A stretch of 64,000 nt of DNA from Lysobacterales bacterium (GTDB taxonomy: Bacteria; Pseudomonadota; Gammaproteobacteria; Xanthomonadales; SZUA-5). Below are positions 48,095-58,193 of this stretch, one piece after another. Made by a program: the position numbers and the translations under genes. The notes beneath the pieces are model-generated. The model ran no database searches and was not told where the DNA came from. It saw only the letters and a program-made list of their open reading frames with translations. How positions within the stretch are numbered: the stretch's first letter is position 1; each line of letters opens with the position of its first letter. The stretch is from the NCBI GenBank assembly GCA_022844165.1, contig JALHMH010000004.1, positions 151,509-215,508 of the forward strand. Reading direction: 5' to 3'.

Positions 48095-49318
48095 TCAAAA
48101 ATACGTTGCGGCGAATGTTGCCTGATCGACAGGGCGGCCCAGGTGGTAACCCTGCGCAGCATCGCAATGCATGTCCAGCAACGCGTCGCATACCGCCGCA
48201 TCTTCAACCCCTTCGGCGACCGCAACCATATCCAGGTGATGCGCCAGATCGATCATCGCACGCACCAGTTGCGCCGTGCGCCGATCGCGAACCATCGGGG
48301 TCACAAAGATCTGATCGATCTTCAGCTCGCTGGCGGGGAAGTGCTGCAGGTACGTAAACGACGAATTGCCCTGGCCGAAGTCGTCGATCGCGATACGCAC
48401 GCCCGTGCTATGGAGTTGTTTGAGCGCCAGCGCACTGAATTCGGGGTCTTCCATTACTGCCGTTTCCGTCACCTCAAGGGTCAACGACTCCGCTGGTACG
48501 CCCCAGATTTGCAACGCAGCCGAGACCTGCTCGACGAGGCCCGACTGTGTAAAGACTTTGGGCGACAGGTTGATCGCACAACGCAGGTTCGGAGATCTGG
48601 CGCGCAGTTGCGAAAACTCGCGCAGCGTTGCGTTAATGCTCCAACGCGTCAGGTCCAGCGCCAGGCCAGTCTGTTCGGCCAGTTCGACAAAACGTTGCGG
48701 CGCAATGGGGCCGCGTTGTGGCGAGTGCCATCGCGCCAGGGCCTCCACAGCCACAATCCGACGTTCCCGAAGGTGGACGAGCGGTTGAAAGGCCACGGTC
48801 AGTTCGTTATTGCTGAGCGCATCGCGCAACTCGTCGACGAGCAGCGCATCGTCATTGAAGGGTCCGGCAACCACCAGGCGCCGTCCATTCGCCATCGCCT
48901 GGTCGACTGCCGCCGTGGCGCCACGCAGCAACGCCTGTGGCGTTTGTCCATGATCGGGAAAGCCGCACAGGCCCATCGACAGAAGCGGCGTCATCAAGCG
49001 CCCGTCGACCGCAACAGGATGCTCAAATTCGCGCGCGATTCGCTGCGCGGCCAATTCCCCGTGCGCAACGTTGATCAAGTCCGGCAGTACCACCAGTAAA
49101 TCGCTGTCGCCTGTTCGCAGCACAATGTCGCCGGGACGCAACGTTTCGCGGATGCGAACGGCGATGTTGTCCAGCAAGTGGTCGGCCACGGGAAATCCGA
49201 GCAAAGCCGTCAGCTGGCGATAGCGTCGGACATGGACCAGAAGCAGCGCCGACGTTTTTCCGGCGGTACAAAGACCTTCGCACGCCTCGAGCGCCGCCTG
49301 GTAGCTCGCGCTTCTCAC
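48095..49318 (-). CDS. Degenerate GGDEF + EAL domain c-di-GMP phosphodiesterase
   Basis: GTG overlaps the HD-GYP stop; GGDEF replaced by GDSDL; VEALARW, LEVTET, DDFGQGNSS, LKID, VAEGVE, AQGY. Confidence 0.88.
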   Translation of the reverse strand: MRSASYQAALEACEGLCTAGKTSALLLVHVRRYRQLTALLGFPVADHLLDNIAVRIRETLRPGDIVLRTGDSDLLVVLPDLINVAHGELAAQRIAREFEHPVAVDGRLMTPLLSMGLCGFPDHGQTPQALLRGATAAVDQAMANGRRLVVAGPFNDDALLVDELRDALSNNELTVAFQPLVHLRERRIVAVEALARWHSPQRGPIAPQRFVELAEQTGLALDLTRWSINATLREFSQLRARSPNLRCAINLSPKVFTQSGLVEQVSAALQIWGVPAESLTLEVTETAVMEDPEFSALALKQLHSTGVRIAIDDFGQGNSSFTYLQHFPASELKIDQIFVTPMVRDRRTAQLVRAMIDLAHHLDMVAVAEGVEDAAVCDALLDMHCDAAQGYHLGRPVDQATFAATYF

Positions 49319-50538
49319 AGGAACAGGGTCGTGGTGTCGATCGAATAGGCCCCGGCCGGCAGTCCGCGCACGATATGCACGCGCTCGTGCGGGTTTATGG
49401 CATTGGCGAGCGGCCACAGGTCGACTTGGCGGAACGCGGGATCCAGGGTCTTGTCCGGATACGTCAGTATCGTCACACGAGGGAACAACCGACGGGCAGG
49501 GTTTTGTGCCATGACCACCGCCACTTCCCCCGATGAGAGCTCAACCAGCGAACCGGTTGGGTAAACGCCCAGACATTGCGAGAACTGTTCGAGCAGCTCA
49601 CCCTGGAAAAGCCGATCGCGTTCGCGGTAGAGCGCTTGCAGCACATGGTGGCGAGCCATGCCCTTCTGGTGCTTGCGGTCGCTGCACAAGGCATCGTAGG
49701 TGTCGACCAGTCCCAACATACGCCCCAACAATGGGATCTTGGTTCCCGACAGGCCGTTCGGGTAACCCGAGCCGTCGTGCCTTTCATGGTGATGAAGAAT
49801 CATCTCCCGAACCGCAGTGTTGTGGATGCCAGAATCTTCCAACATCTTGACACTGAGTTCGACGTGCGTTCGCACCTGCAACATTTCGTCAGCCGCCAGC
49901 GTGCGGCTGTGGTTGAACAGGCTCTCCGGCAGCGCCGCTTTGCCAATGTCCATCAGCATGCCGCCGCTCGCCAAGTCGATGAGCACATCGCGCGGAAATC
50001 CCAGGTGTCGTCCAAACGTGGTGGCCACCGCACAGCAGTTCACCGAGTGCGCGTATGCGTACTCATCGCGGCGGCGCAACGTATCCAGCCAGAAGAACGC
50101 ATCGGCGCTGCGGATGACGCTGGCGACGATCGGCTCCATGGCAGTGCCCAGTTCGTCCGCCGACAGCCGTTTGCCAACGCGCACATCGTCGATGAAGCGC
50201 GTTGCCAGCTGCCGGGCGTTCTCCCAGGCAGCCGTGGCTTTGGGCAGCTCGTCTTCCGGCGGAACATCGTTGATGTAATGGGTCATCCGCAGGTCTTGCT
50301 GAGTGCCAACCACGCCGTAGCCGAGCTTCTCCAGCACGGTCCGTTCGTGTTTGGTGCTCTTCACCAGATCGATGTAAACAGAACTGCAATAACGGCGCAG
50401 CTGCTCGATTTCGCTCAGTGCCTGCAAACGGAAGCCTTGCAGCGGAAACGGCGTGTCGGTCCACGGTCGATCGAGTCGGCTGACAAACATACCGAGCTGC
50501 AGCGACAGCACATCGACTTTGCGTTCTTCGATTTCCAT
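49315..50538 (-). CDS. HD-GYP domain protein with N-terminal DUF3391-like domain
   Basis: GMFVSRLDRPWTDTPFPLQGF; YAHSVN; HHERHDGSGYP; LGVYPTGSLVELSSGE. The HD dyad reads MD (LMDIGK). Confidence 0.9.
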   Translation of the reverse strand: MEIEERKVDVLSLQLGMFVSRLDRPWTDTPFPLQGFRLQALSEIEQLRRYCSSVYIDLVKSTKHERTVLEKLGYGVVGTQQDLRMTHYINDVPPEDELPKATAAWENARQLATRFIDDVRVGKRLSADELGTAMEPIVASVIRSADAFFWLDTLRRRDEYAYAHSVNCCAVATTFGRHLGFPRDVLIDLASGGMLMDIGKAALPESLFNHSRTLAADEMLQVRTHVELSVKMLEDSGIHNTAVREMILHHHERHDGSGYPNGLSGTKIPLLGRMLGLVDTYDALCSDRKHQKGMARHHVLQALYRERDRLFQGELLEQFSQCLGVYPTGSLVELSSGEVAVVMAQNPARRLFPRVTILTYPDKTLDPAFRQVDLWPLANAINPHERVHIVRGLPAGAYSIDTTTLFL

Positions 50539-51420
50539 TTGCGGGATATTCCTCCAGGCACGCGTAGCATGCCATCGACGATATTGCGAGCTTTGCAAAT
50601 TGTTGGCTACGCTGAGCGACTATGTCGCCAATCGCGACGTCTTTGTCATCGATCCGGGATGATCGCCACGCCCATGCAACCCGCGGCGACCTGGCCGCGT
50701 TCGGCCAGCCCTTGTGCGATTCCCCTTGGAAAGGGTCCTGTCCGCCATGAAACGGCCCGAATCGCCGTGGCCAGCGGGCGAGGGCAGGGCGGAGCAACCG
50801 GCGGACAGGCAAACGAGCGAGTACCGTCCAACCCAGGCCGCGGCGCACACAGCAGGCGCTTCGAGCCGCTCCGTGGCGAGCGAATTGGCCAAGGCAAGGC
50901 TGTTGCCAGCACGTTGGATAGGGTTGGCATCGACAGCTTCCTTGGCAGTCCAGTTTCCCAGTCTATCTCAGCACAATCTGAGAAATTCTCACGCGACGAG
51001 CATTGGTGTAACGAAAGGCTCGCGCGATCGATTCAAACCTGACCAGGGAGCGGATTGACCGCGTCGTGCACATACGGCGTCCATCGCCGAGGCGTTGAAC
51101 TCAAGTCCCCCCGTGATCGCCTTTTGGCGAGATGCAGCCATCGAATGAAACGCCTGTCAGAATTTGCGAGAAAGCGACTATTTCAGATTGGCCGAATTGC
51201 TGCCAGGATCGCAGCACTCGGATCGAACACGGGTCGCAAGAGCAGATGTCGACGCGTCGGAACCAGTTCGAAAGCATCGCGCATCTCGTTGCAAGGGCAC
51301 GACACAGTTCGGTTGGTACCTTGCTGCCCGACTGCCGCACCGTGAACGACACCGACGGATCCAGGACGTGGCACCGAGGAGCGTCCTGATGCTGTGTCCA
51401 TTTCACTGGCGGAGAGCCAA

Positions 51421-54117
51421 TTGAGCAGTCGCAGCTGGCCAGGCAGCATTCTCAGTTACTGGGGAAAAGCCAAGCCGGTCGAAACTGGTCCGGATTTTCA
51501 CCCCCTGGCGTTTCACTCGCTTGATGTTGCTGCCGTTGCCTGGGCATACCTCGACCAAACGCCAAGGATGCTCGGGTGGTTCGCCGCCGCCTTTGGGCTT
51601 GCGCCGGACGAAACGAAGCGTGTGCTCAGCTTCCTGATCGCAATCCACGACTTGGGCAAGTTTGCGGATAACTTCCAATGGAAGTGTCCGGAGGTTGCCC
51701 AGCGTCTTGGATCCACGTCCGAGGCAGCTCGAAGTTCGGCGCATCATGACGAAGTGGCACTGATGCTCTGGAGGGAGAAACAGCAGGATTTTCTGGAGTT
51801 GCTTGGCAAGTATTGTCCGGACCTGCGGCCGCAACGCATTGAGGAGTTGCTGACCGCCTCCTTCGGTCACCACGGGCAGCCGCCAAGTGATCGAGGAAAT
51901 CTCAGCGACGCCATGTTTATGCGTAGTCAGCAGTCCGCGCTGGAGTTCACGGTGCTTTGCGCTGAGCTTCTTCTGGCTAAGGGATGTTCGTTCGCAGTAA
52001 GCAGTGCGAAGAACAAACAGATCACGTGGTCGCTCGCAGGCCTGACGATGCTCTGCGATTGGATTGGATCAAACACGGATTGGTTCCGATACCAGCCCGC
52101 CAGCGAATTCCCAAACGTCGATAGCTATTGGCAATACGCAGTCGACTGTGCTGCGTGTGCAGTCGATAGGAGCGGTGTTGTCAGTCAGAGCGTTCGGGCA
52201 TTCGGTGGAGCGCATCAGTTGCTAGGTAGCCTCGCCAGCCGGGCGTTGCGACCTGCACAGAAGCAGGCAGAAGTGCAGCCGCTCGACACCGGTCCGCAGT
52301 TGTTGGTACTTGAAGACGCAACGGGATCCGGGAAAACCGAAGCGGCGCTGATTCTGTGCGCTCGACTGATGGCCATGGGTTCGGCCGACGGCTTCTATTT
52401 CGCACTGCCAACTCAAGCGACTGCCGACCAAATGTTTTCGCGCGTTGCGATCTTGATGCGCGCGATGTTCGAAGAGCCCAATCTCGTCAGCTACGTGCTC
52501 AGCCACTCGGCGCGCGATCAGCATCCTTGGTTCCAGGCGATGCGTGAAAAGAAACTCGCGCCGGATGCAATTTTGGGTGAGGCGGACACGGCTTCCTTTA
52601 CCGTTAGCGCATGGCTTGCGCGGGGTAGCAAGCGCTCTTTGCTCGCACAGCTCGGCGCCGGCACAGTCGACCAGTGCTTGCTCGCCGTGTTGCGTACGCC
52701 GCACCAGGCAATGCGGCTTTTTGGCCTGCAGCGGAAGGTTCTCATCGTTGATGAGGTGCATTCCTACGATGCGTATATGACCGAGACGCTGGCAACGCTG
52801 CTGCGCGCGCATGCTGCGCTTGGCGGGTCAGCGATCCTCTTGTCGGCAACACTAAGCGCAAGAACGCGGGACGAGTTGATTTCGGCCTTCTCATCGGGCG
52901 TCGCGAGCGAAGACCGCGAGATTCGGCTGCCAGCACCGGCGCCTTACCCGTTGTTGACGCACTTACGCGCAGACCAAACACCGGACCTCAGGCCGCTCGG
53001 AACATCGCCGTTGAGTTGCCGACGCATCGCGGTCGACTATGTCTGCGATCTTTCCGACGTCCGCCAGCGCATTGAGCAATGGCTGGCGCGTGGGAAGGCA
53101 GTGGTCTGGGTTCGCAACACCGTGGCCGATGCGGTGGAGGCCTATGAGTACTTTCGGGAGCGCATGGGAGAGCGTTGTACGTTGTTTCATTCGCGCTACG
53201 CACTGGTCGATCGACTGCGAATTCAAAGCCGCGTTCTCGACGATCTCGGACGTCGATCGAACGCAATCACGCGCTCATGTCGATTGATCATTGCAACGCA
53301 AGTGCTGTCGCAATCGCTGGATCTGGATGCGGATGAGATGATCTCCGATCACGCGCCAATCGACGAGTTGCTGCAGCGTCAGGGACGTCTGCGCCGGCAT
53401 GTACGGGACGCCGGCGGCGGCACCATCGATAGCGAATCGACGGCAGACGACGCGCGCGGCGATGTTCGATTGGTGGTGTTCGGTCCGCGAATCGACAGAC
53501 CACCAGAGAGCAATTGGTATCGGCGTTTTTCGCGCGGTGCAGCCTACGTTTACCACGATCACGGCCGACTCTGGCTCGCCGCTCATGCGATCGCCGAGGG
53601 GATGGACCTTCCTATCGATTTTCGCCGGCTAGTCGATCGCGTTTACGACAGCGATGCCGACATTCCCGCATCGCTACAGCGCTCATCAGATCAAGCAGAT
53701 GGGGCGAAAACCGGGCATCAGCAAACCGCTGCGAGCGCGGTCATCGGTTTTCGCCAAGGTTATGTCTCGACTGGCGACTGGAGTGATCAGGAACGTATTG
53801 GCACGCGCTTGGGCGACTCGATTGAGGCGGTGCTCGCCAAAATCGATGGCCAGACGGTCGTGCCGTGGGCCAAGGGCGACGACGCTTGGGCGATGTCTGC
53901 CATTCGGATTCCGCACCACTGGAATGGCGGTCAAGCGCTGGTGATCGGTGATGCTCAACTGGCGCGCGCCATCGATGATCTCCGGGTACAAACGCCCGCG
54001 CTCAAGTACCGATGGATCCTGCCGTTGGTGACGGATGGAACCGAATGGAAATCCGCCCCGGCACTGAGCATGCGGCTTCGCTACAGCGCCGAGACCGGTT
54101 TGATGCGAAACAAATGA
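51421..54117 (+). CDS. cas3: Type I-E CRISPR HD nuclease-helicase Cas3
   Basis: YWGKA, HSLDVA, HDLGK, DWIGS, ATGSGKTE, DEVH, LSAT, QRQGRLRRH; TTG start after GGAG. Confidence 0.96.
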   Translation: MSSRSWPGSILSYWGKAKPVETGPDFHPLAFHSLDVAAVAWAYLDQTPRMLGWFAAAFGLAPDETKRVLSFLIAIHDLGKFADNFQWKCPEVAQRLGSTSEAARSSAHHDEVALMLWREKQQDFLELLGKYCPDLRPQRIEELLTASFGHHGQPPSDRGNLSDAMFMRSQQSALEFTVLCAELLLAKGCSFAVSSAKNKQITWSLAGLTMLCDWIGSNTDWFRYQPASEFPNVDSYWQYAVDCAACAVDRSGVVSQSVRAFGGAHQLLGSLASRALRPAQKQAEVQPLDTGPQLLVLEDATGSGKTEAALILCARLMAMGSADGFYFALPTQATADQMFSRVAILMRAMFEEPNLVSYVLSHSARDQHPWFQAMREKKLAPDAILGEADTASFTVSAWLARGSKRSLLAQLGAGTVDQCLLAVLRTPHQAMRLFGLQRKVLIVDEVHSYDAYMTETLATLLRAHAALGGSAILLSATLSARTRDELISAFSSGVASEDREIRLPAPAPYPLLTHLRADQTPDLRPLGTSPLSCRRIAVDYVCDLSDVRQRIEQWLARGKAVVWVRNTVADAVEAYEYFRERMGERCTLFHSRYALVDRLRIQSRVLDDLGRRSNAITRSCRLIIATQVLSQSLDLDADEMISDHAPIDELLQRQGRLRRHVRDAGGGTIDSESTADDARGDVRLVVFGPRIDRPPESNWYRRFSRGAAYVYHDHGRLWLAAHAIAEGMDLPIDFRRLVDRVYDSDADIPASLQRSSDQADGAKTGHQQTAASAVIGFRQGYVSTGDWSDQERIGTRLGDSIEAVLAKIDGQTVVPWAKGDDAWAMSAIRIPHHWNGGQALVIGDAQLARAIDDLRVQTPALKYRWILPLVTDGTEWKSAPALSMRLRYSAETGLMRNK

Positions 54118-54127
54118 CTCTCGAACA

Positions 54128-55756
54128 TTGGCAAAGGAGCAACATCAATTGAACCTGATTCTTGATCCCTGGCTTCCGATCCGCGACACGGCTGGCCGGA
54201 CGTTTTCTGTCGCGCCGATCGATCTGCCGAATCGATCCGACATCGTCGAACTTGCCGCAGTTCGCGCCGACTTTAATGGGGCACTCGCGCAGTTTTTGAT
54301 TGGCCTGTTTCAAGTCGTCGCGCCTGCCGACAGCGATGACTACGAAGACGTCCTTGTCGGCCGCTCGGCTTTTCCCTCAACAGAACTGCGTGCGTGGTCC
54401 AAACATTTCGAGTTCGACAATGGCGGCGCTCGCGTGATGCAGGACCTCGCAGTCGACGTCGAGCCGCTGGACCTTGCATCGCTGCTCATCGACGCGCCGG
54501 GCGGAAACACGCTGAAGAATAACGGCGATCTGTTTATCAAGCGCCAGATTAGTATGCCGATGAGTCTGAGTGTCGCGGCTCAGGCGTTAATCTGCTTGCA
54601 GATCAACGCCCCAGCCGGGGGCACCGGCTATCGCACATCGCTTCGCGGTGGCGGCCCAGTGAGCTACCTGTGGTGGCCGCCATCAGTTGCCGACCAACCG
54701 GTCCCGCTGTGGCAAAAGATCTGGGCAAATGTGATGCCGATCTCTGGCAGCGCGAGGGCGTCAGTTTGCCTGCCATGGACTGCGCCGTGCATCACCAGCG
54801 AAGGTGGGCGTGATGCGTTGACGACCCTCAGCAAGTTGCATGGCAAGTTGTCGGAGCGAGAAAAATTGCTGCTGTGCTACTTCGCAACGCCGCGCCGTGT
54901 GCGCCTCGATTTCGTCGAGGATGTTACTTGCTCTTTCACCCGCGAGAGAGGTCCGGGTGTAACCAGCTACCGAACTCAGAATCTTGGCGCGAACTACCTG
55001 AGCCAACATTTTCGCCACCCGCTGTCGCCGTACTACGAATTTAAGGGCGACTTTCTTCCACAACACTTGACCGAGTCGGGATTCACGTACCTCGATTGGC
55101 CTGCCAGCCAGCGCTCTCATGACGGCCATCGAGCACCGTTGATTATGGAAAAGGCGTATCGAAGAAGCATCGAGCGCTGGCTTGGCGCCAGGCATCAGAT
55201 GGCTACCTGGGCCTTCGGCTACAAGATGGACAACATGAAGTGCGAAGACTGGCATGAAGCTCCGGTGCCCGCTCTGGTTGGGTACCCGGAAACGGTACGC
55301 GCCGATTTGCTCGGCTCTGCTCAGAAGTTGGTCGACGCGGCGGCGGCAGCACGTAAAGCGCTTTCGCGGGCACTGCGCAGAGCTTGGACCGATGAAGGCA
55401 AGAAGGGTGAAACACTGGTTGCCGAATCGGAATTCATCGCTGCGACCACAAACCCGTTCTTCGATACGGTTGAGAAGTTTGCGCCGCAACTAGCTGCGAC
55501 CGAGGCAGCAACTGCCGAGCGCAACAATCTCAAGGCGCAATGGCAACGCGGCCTGAAGCATCAGGCGATTCGTTGTTTCGAGGCTCACGCCGAAGCCGGC
55601 GATGTACGCGGCGAGTCGTTGAAGGTGATGCAGCGCATCGCCAAGGCGCATCGACAACTGATTCTCGATCTCAACAGCGAAGTACCGAAGGCGATGGGTA
55701 TCGATCCGTCGCCGCAGGCAGCAAAGAAACCCAGGAAGGTAAAGGAGGCTGCATGA
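54128..55756 (+). CDS. cas8e: Cascade large subunit Cas8e (Cse1/CasA)
   Basis: NLILDPWLP, RADFNGALAQFLIGL, QINAPAGGTGYRTSLRGGGP, TPRRVRL, HPLSPY, GYKMDNMK. Confidence 0.93.
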   Translation: MAKEQHQLNLILDPWLPIRDTAGRTFSVAPIDLPNRSDIVELAAVRADFNGALAQFLIGLFQVVAPADSDDYEDVLVGRSAFPSTELRAWSKHFEFDNGGARVMQDLAVDVEPLDLASLLIDAPGGNTLKNNGDLFIKRQISMPMSLSVAAQALICLQINAPAGGTGYRTSLRGGGPVSYLWWPPSVADQPVPLWQKIWANVMPISGSARASVCLPWTAPCITSEGGRDALTTLSKLHGKLSEREKLLLCYFATPRRVRLDFVEDVTCSFTRERGPGVTSYRTQNLGANYLSQHFRHPLSPYYEFKGDFLPQHLTESGFTYLDWPASQRSHDGHRAPLIMEKAYRRSIERWLGARHQMATWAFGYKMDNMKCEDWHEAPVPALVGYPETVRADLLGSAQKLVDAAAAARKALSRALRRAWTDEGKKGETLVAESEFIAATTNPFFDTVEKFAPQLAATEAATAERNNLKAQWQRGLKHQAIRCFEAHAEAGDVRGESLKVMQRIAKAHRQLILDLNSEVPKAMGIDPSPQAAKKPRKVKEAA

Positions 55757-56283
55757 AACCGAAGACGTTTGCTGCCGTGGCGAGGGCCATTGCCGCGATT
55801 GAGAACGATGGCCGCTTGCGTTCGATTCTGCGCCGCGCAGAGAGGCCCGACGATGCATTTGGCATCGGCGAAAGTAAGTCGATGATGGAGGCAATGCGCG
55901 AAGAGCTTCATCTGCATCCCGGCTCAACGCTTCCCGAGGAGTGCTTGATTCTGATCGCTCAGCGCAGCGTGTCGGACAAGGCCAAGCGCACACACCTTGG
56001 AACACTGCTCGGCGGCAGCGACGAAAAGACGCGCCGAATGTCCGGGCTTCGATTCCGGCGGCTGATGAATGCTCGGCCCGGTGAAGACCGCTTGAGGCAA
56101 ACGCGCCGCGCGCTGGCAATGCTGGATGAGGTTCACCCGGTCAGCGTCGTCGAAGCCTACCTGCAGCTCAACGATCCATTGCAAGCCCGAAAGTTCGCAC
56201 ACGCCTACTTTGGCAGTTTGGATTTCTCTGTTGAAAAAGCCACTAACGACCCATCGATGTCCGATCAAGGAGCCACCCAATGA
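55753..56283 (+). CDS. cse2: Cascade small subunit Cas11e (Cse2/CasB)
   Basis: Position after cas8e with ATGA overlap and AGGAGG RBS; LRRA, MSGLRFRRLM, FAHAYF. Confidence 0.85.
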   Translation: MKPKTFAAVARAIAAIENDGRLRSILRRAERPDDAFGIGESKSMMEAMREELHLHPGSTLPEECLILIAQRSVSDKAKRTHLGTLLGGSDEKTRRMSGLRFRRLMNARPGEDRLRQTRRALAMLDEVHPVSVVEAYLQLNDPLQARKFAHAYFGSLDFSVEKATNDPSMSDQGATQ

Positions 56284-57407
56284 ACGCCCGATTCCTGCAA
56301 ATTCACTTACTCACCGCCTACGGCCCCGCCAACTTGAATCGCGACGATCTTGGGCAACCCAAGACCGCGATGCTCGGCAACGCGCAGCGATTACGTGTTT
56401 CATCGCAAAGCCTCAAGCGCGCCTGGCGCACCAGTGAGTTGTTCCAGTCGGCGCTTGCGGGTCATGTTGGCAAGCGTACCAAGCGCATTGGCGAGCAGGC
56501 GTTGAACCGGATGCTCAAAGGCGGACTGGATGAAAAGCGCGCCATGGAGTGGTCCAAGAAAATCGCTCAAGCGTTTGGCAAGCTCAGCAAAGAAGAGGGT
56601 CGCCCCAATCTCGTGGAGACACTGGTTTTCGTTTCGGCTGAAGAGATGTCAGCTGTTGACGCGCTCGCCGATCAGTTAGCGAAAGATAAGGTCGCCCCCA
56701 ACGATGAGCAGTTGAAACTGCTTCGGAAGGGCAACGCCACAGCGGATCTTGCCCTGTTCGGTCGCATGCTGACCTCCGACAAAGACAACGCAGGCGCAAG
56801 CGATCGGCCAAAGTTCAACGTCGAAGCGGCGGCTCAAATCGCGCATGCGGTGACGGTCCATCGTGCAGCGATCGAAGACGACTATTTCTCCGCCGTAGAC
56901 GATTTCAATCCTTCCGAAGAGACTGGTTCTGGCCACATCGGCGACCTAGGTTTCGGAGCTGGCGTGTTCTATCTCTACGCTTGCATCGATCGACAACTGT
57001 TGCTCGATAACCTCGGCGGCGATGCTGCGCTCGCGGCCCAAACGATTGCAGCGCTTGCCGAGTGCATGAGCACGGTGGCGCCCACCGGTAAGCAGAACAG
57101 CTTCGCCAGCCGCGCCCGCGCCAGTTTTGGGCTCGCCGAATTGAGCGACGAGCAGCCTCGGCAGTTGATCGCCGCTTTCTTGAAGCCGGTAGCTGACGAC
57201 AACAACGATAGTCGCGACAAAGCGGTGGATATGTTGGACGAAGCGGTCAATCGCATGTCATCACTGGTCGATCGGCTGGATCGCGTCTACGGCTTCGACG
57301 GAGAGCGATTTGCGTTTAACGCCACTGACGGAGCTTTTCGGGCCCAATCGCTCGCCGAAGGCAGCCTCAAAGAGCTCTGCGTCTTCGCCGCTAGCGGCTT
57401 GGAGTAA
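56280..57407 (+). CDS. cas7: Cas7e (Cse4/CasC)
   Basis: FLQIHLL...ANLNRDDLGQPK, RVSSQSLKRAWR, DLALFGRM, PTGKQNSFA. Confidence 0.96.
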   Translation: MNARFLQIHLLTAYGPANLNRDDLGQPKTAMLGNAQRLRVSSQSLKRAWRTSELFQSALAGHVGKRTKRIGEQALNRMLKGGLDEKRAMEWSKKIAQAFGKLSKEEGRPNLVETLVFVSAEEMSAVDALADQLAKDKVAPNDEQLKLLRKGNATADLALFGRMLTSDKDNAGASDRPKFNVEAAAQIAHAVTVHRAAIEDDYFSAVDDFNPSEETGSGHIGDLGFGAGVFYLYACIDRQLLLDNLGGDAALAAQTIAALAECMSTVAPTGKQNSFASRARASFGLAELSDEQPRQLIAAFLKPVADDNNDSRDKAVDMLDEAVNRMSSLVDRLDRVYGFDGERFAFNATDGAFRAQSLAEGSLKELCVFAASGLE

Positions 57408-57413
57408 TCCGAT

Positions 57414-58193
57414 ATGGACTGGCTAATGATCCGCCTCGTCGGTGGCATGGCGAGCTTTGGCGGCATCGCTCCGGGCGGAATTCGGCAGACCGAGCGCGAG
57501 CCAACGCGCAGCGCTTTGCTGGGACTGTGCGCCGCGGCTTTAGGTTTGCGACGCGACCAGGTCGACGAGCAACGCGCGTTGGGAAGCCAACTTCGTTTTG
57601 CGGCTCGTGTGTCGACCTCTTCGCAATTACTCCGCGATTACCACACTGCCCAGGCACCGCCGGAGCCGGCACTTAAAGGCCGGCCCAGGCGCACGCGCAA
57701 AGACGAGCTGTCGGTTCCCAAAGACGATCTCAACACGGTTCTGTCGGATCGCTACTACTATTCGACCTATGCAGCCATCGTCGGCATTCAAGCGACCGCC
57801 CCAGTGCGACTGGACAAACTGCATGCGGCCTTCCTGCGTCCACAGTTCGTATTGTATCTGGGGCGAAAGAGCTGTCCGCTCGCATGGCCGATGGCGCCAA
57901 GAAGAGTCGCGGCCGAGCATTGGCTCGCAGCGTTGGAGGCTGATGTGCAGGCAGAAAGCGCGCTGCTCGATAAAAACGTCACCACTCCCGGCCGAGCGCA
58001 CAGATATCCGGAGAGTCTCTGGCTATCGCCAAAGTCCTCGGTGCATTGGATTGACGCCGACCTCCCCACCGGCCCCCTGGATGGCAAGCGCGAGCACATT
58101 CGATGGGATGAACCGATCGATACCGCTCGGCGACTATTTGCCCCTCGTAAGCACTGGCGCGCGCAGGCCAATTCGCAAAGGAGCAGCACATGA
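57414..58193 (+). CDS. cas5: Cas5e (CasD)
   Basis: GGMASFG, PTRSALLGLCAAALG, LRDYHTAQ, LYLGRKSCP. Confidence 0.95.
   Translation: MDWLMIRLVGGMASFGGIAPGGIRQTEREPTRSALLGLCAAALGLRRDQVDEQRALGSQLRFAARVSTSSQLLRDYHTAQAPPEPALKGRPRRTRKDELSVPKDDLNTVLSDRYYYSTYAAIVGIQATAPVRLDKLHAAFLRPQFVLYLGRKSCPLAWPMAPRRVAAEHWLAALEADVQAESALLDKNVTTPGRAHRYPESLWLSPKSSVHWIDADLPTGPLDGKREHIRWDEPIDTARRLFAPRKHWRAQANSQRSST

Noticed and set aside
50715-50743. GCGATTCCCCTTGGAAAGGGTCCTGTCCG as a degenerate CRISPR repeat (CreA-like)
   Set aside because: Only loose resemblance, a single copy, and no second repeat at spacer distance.
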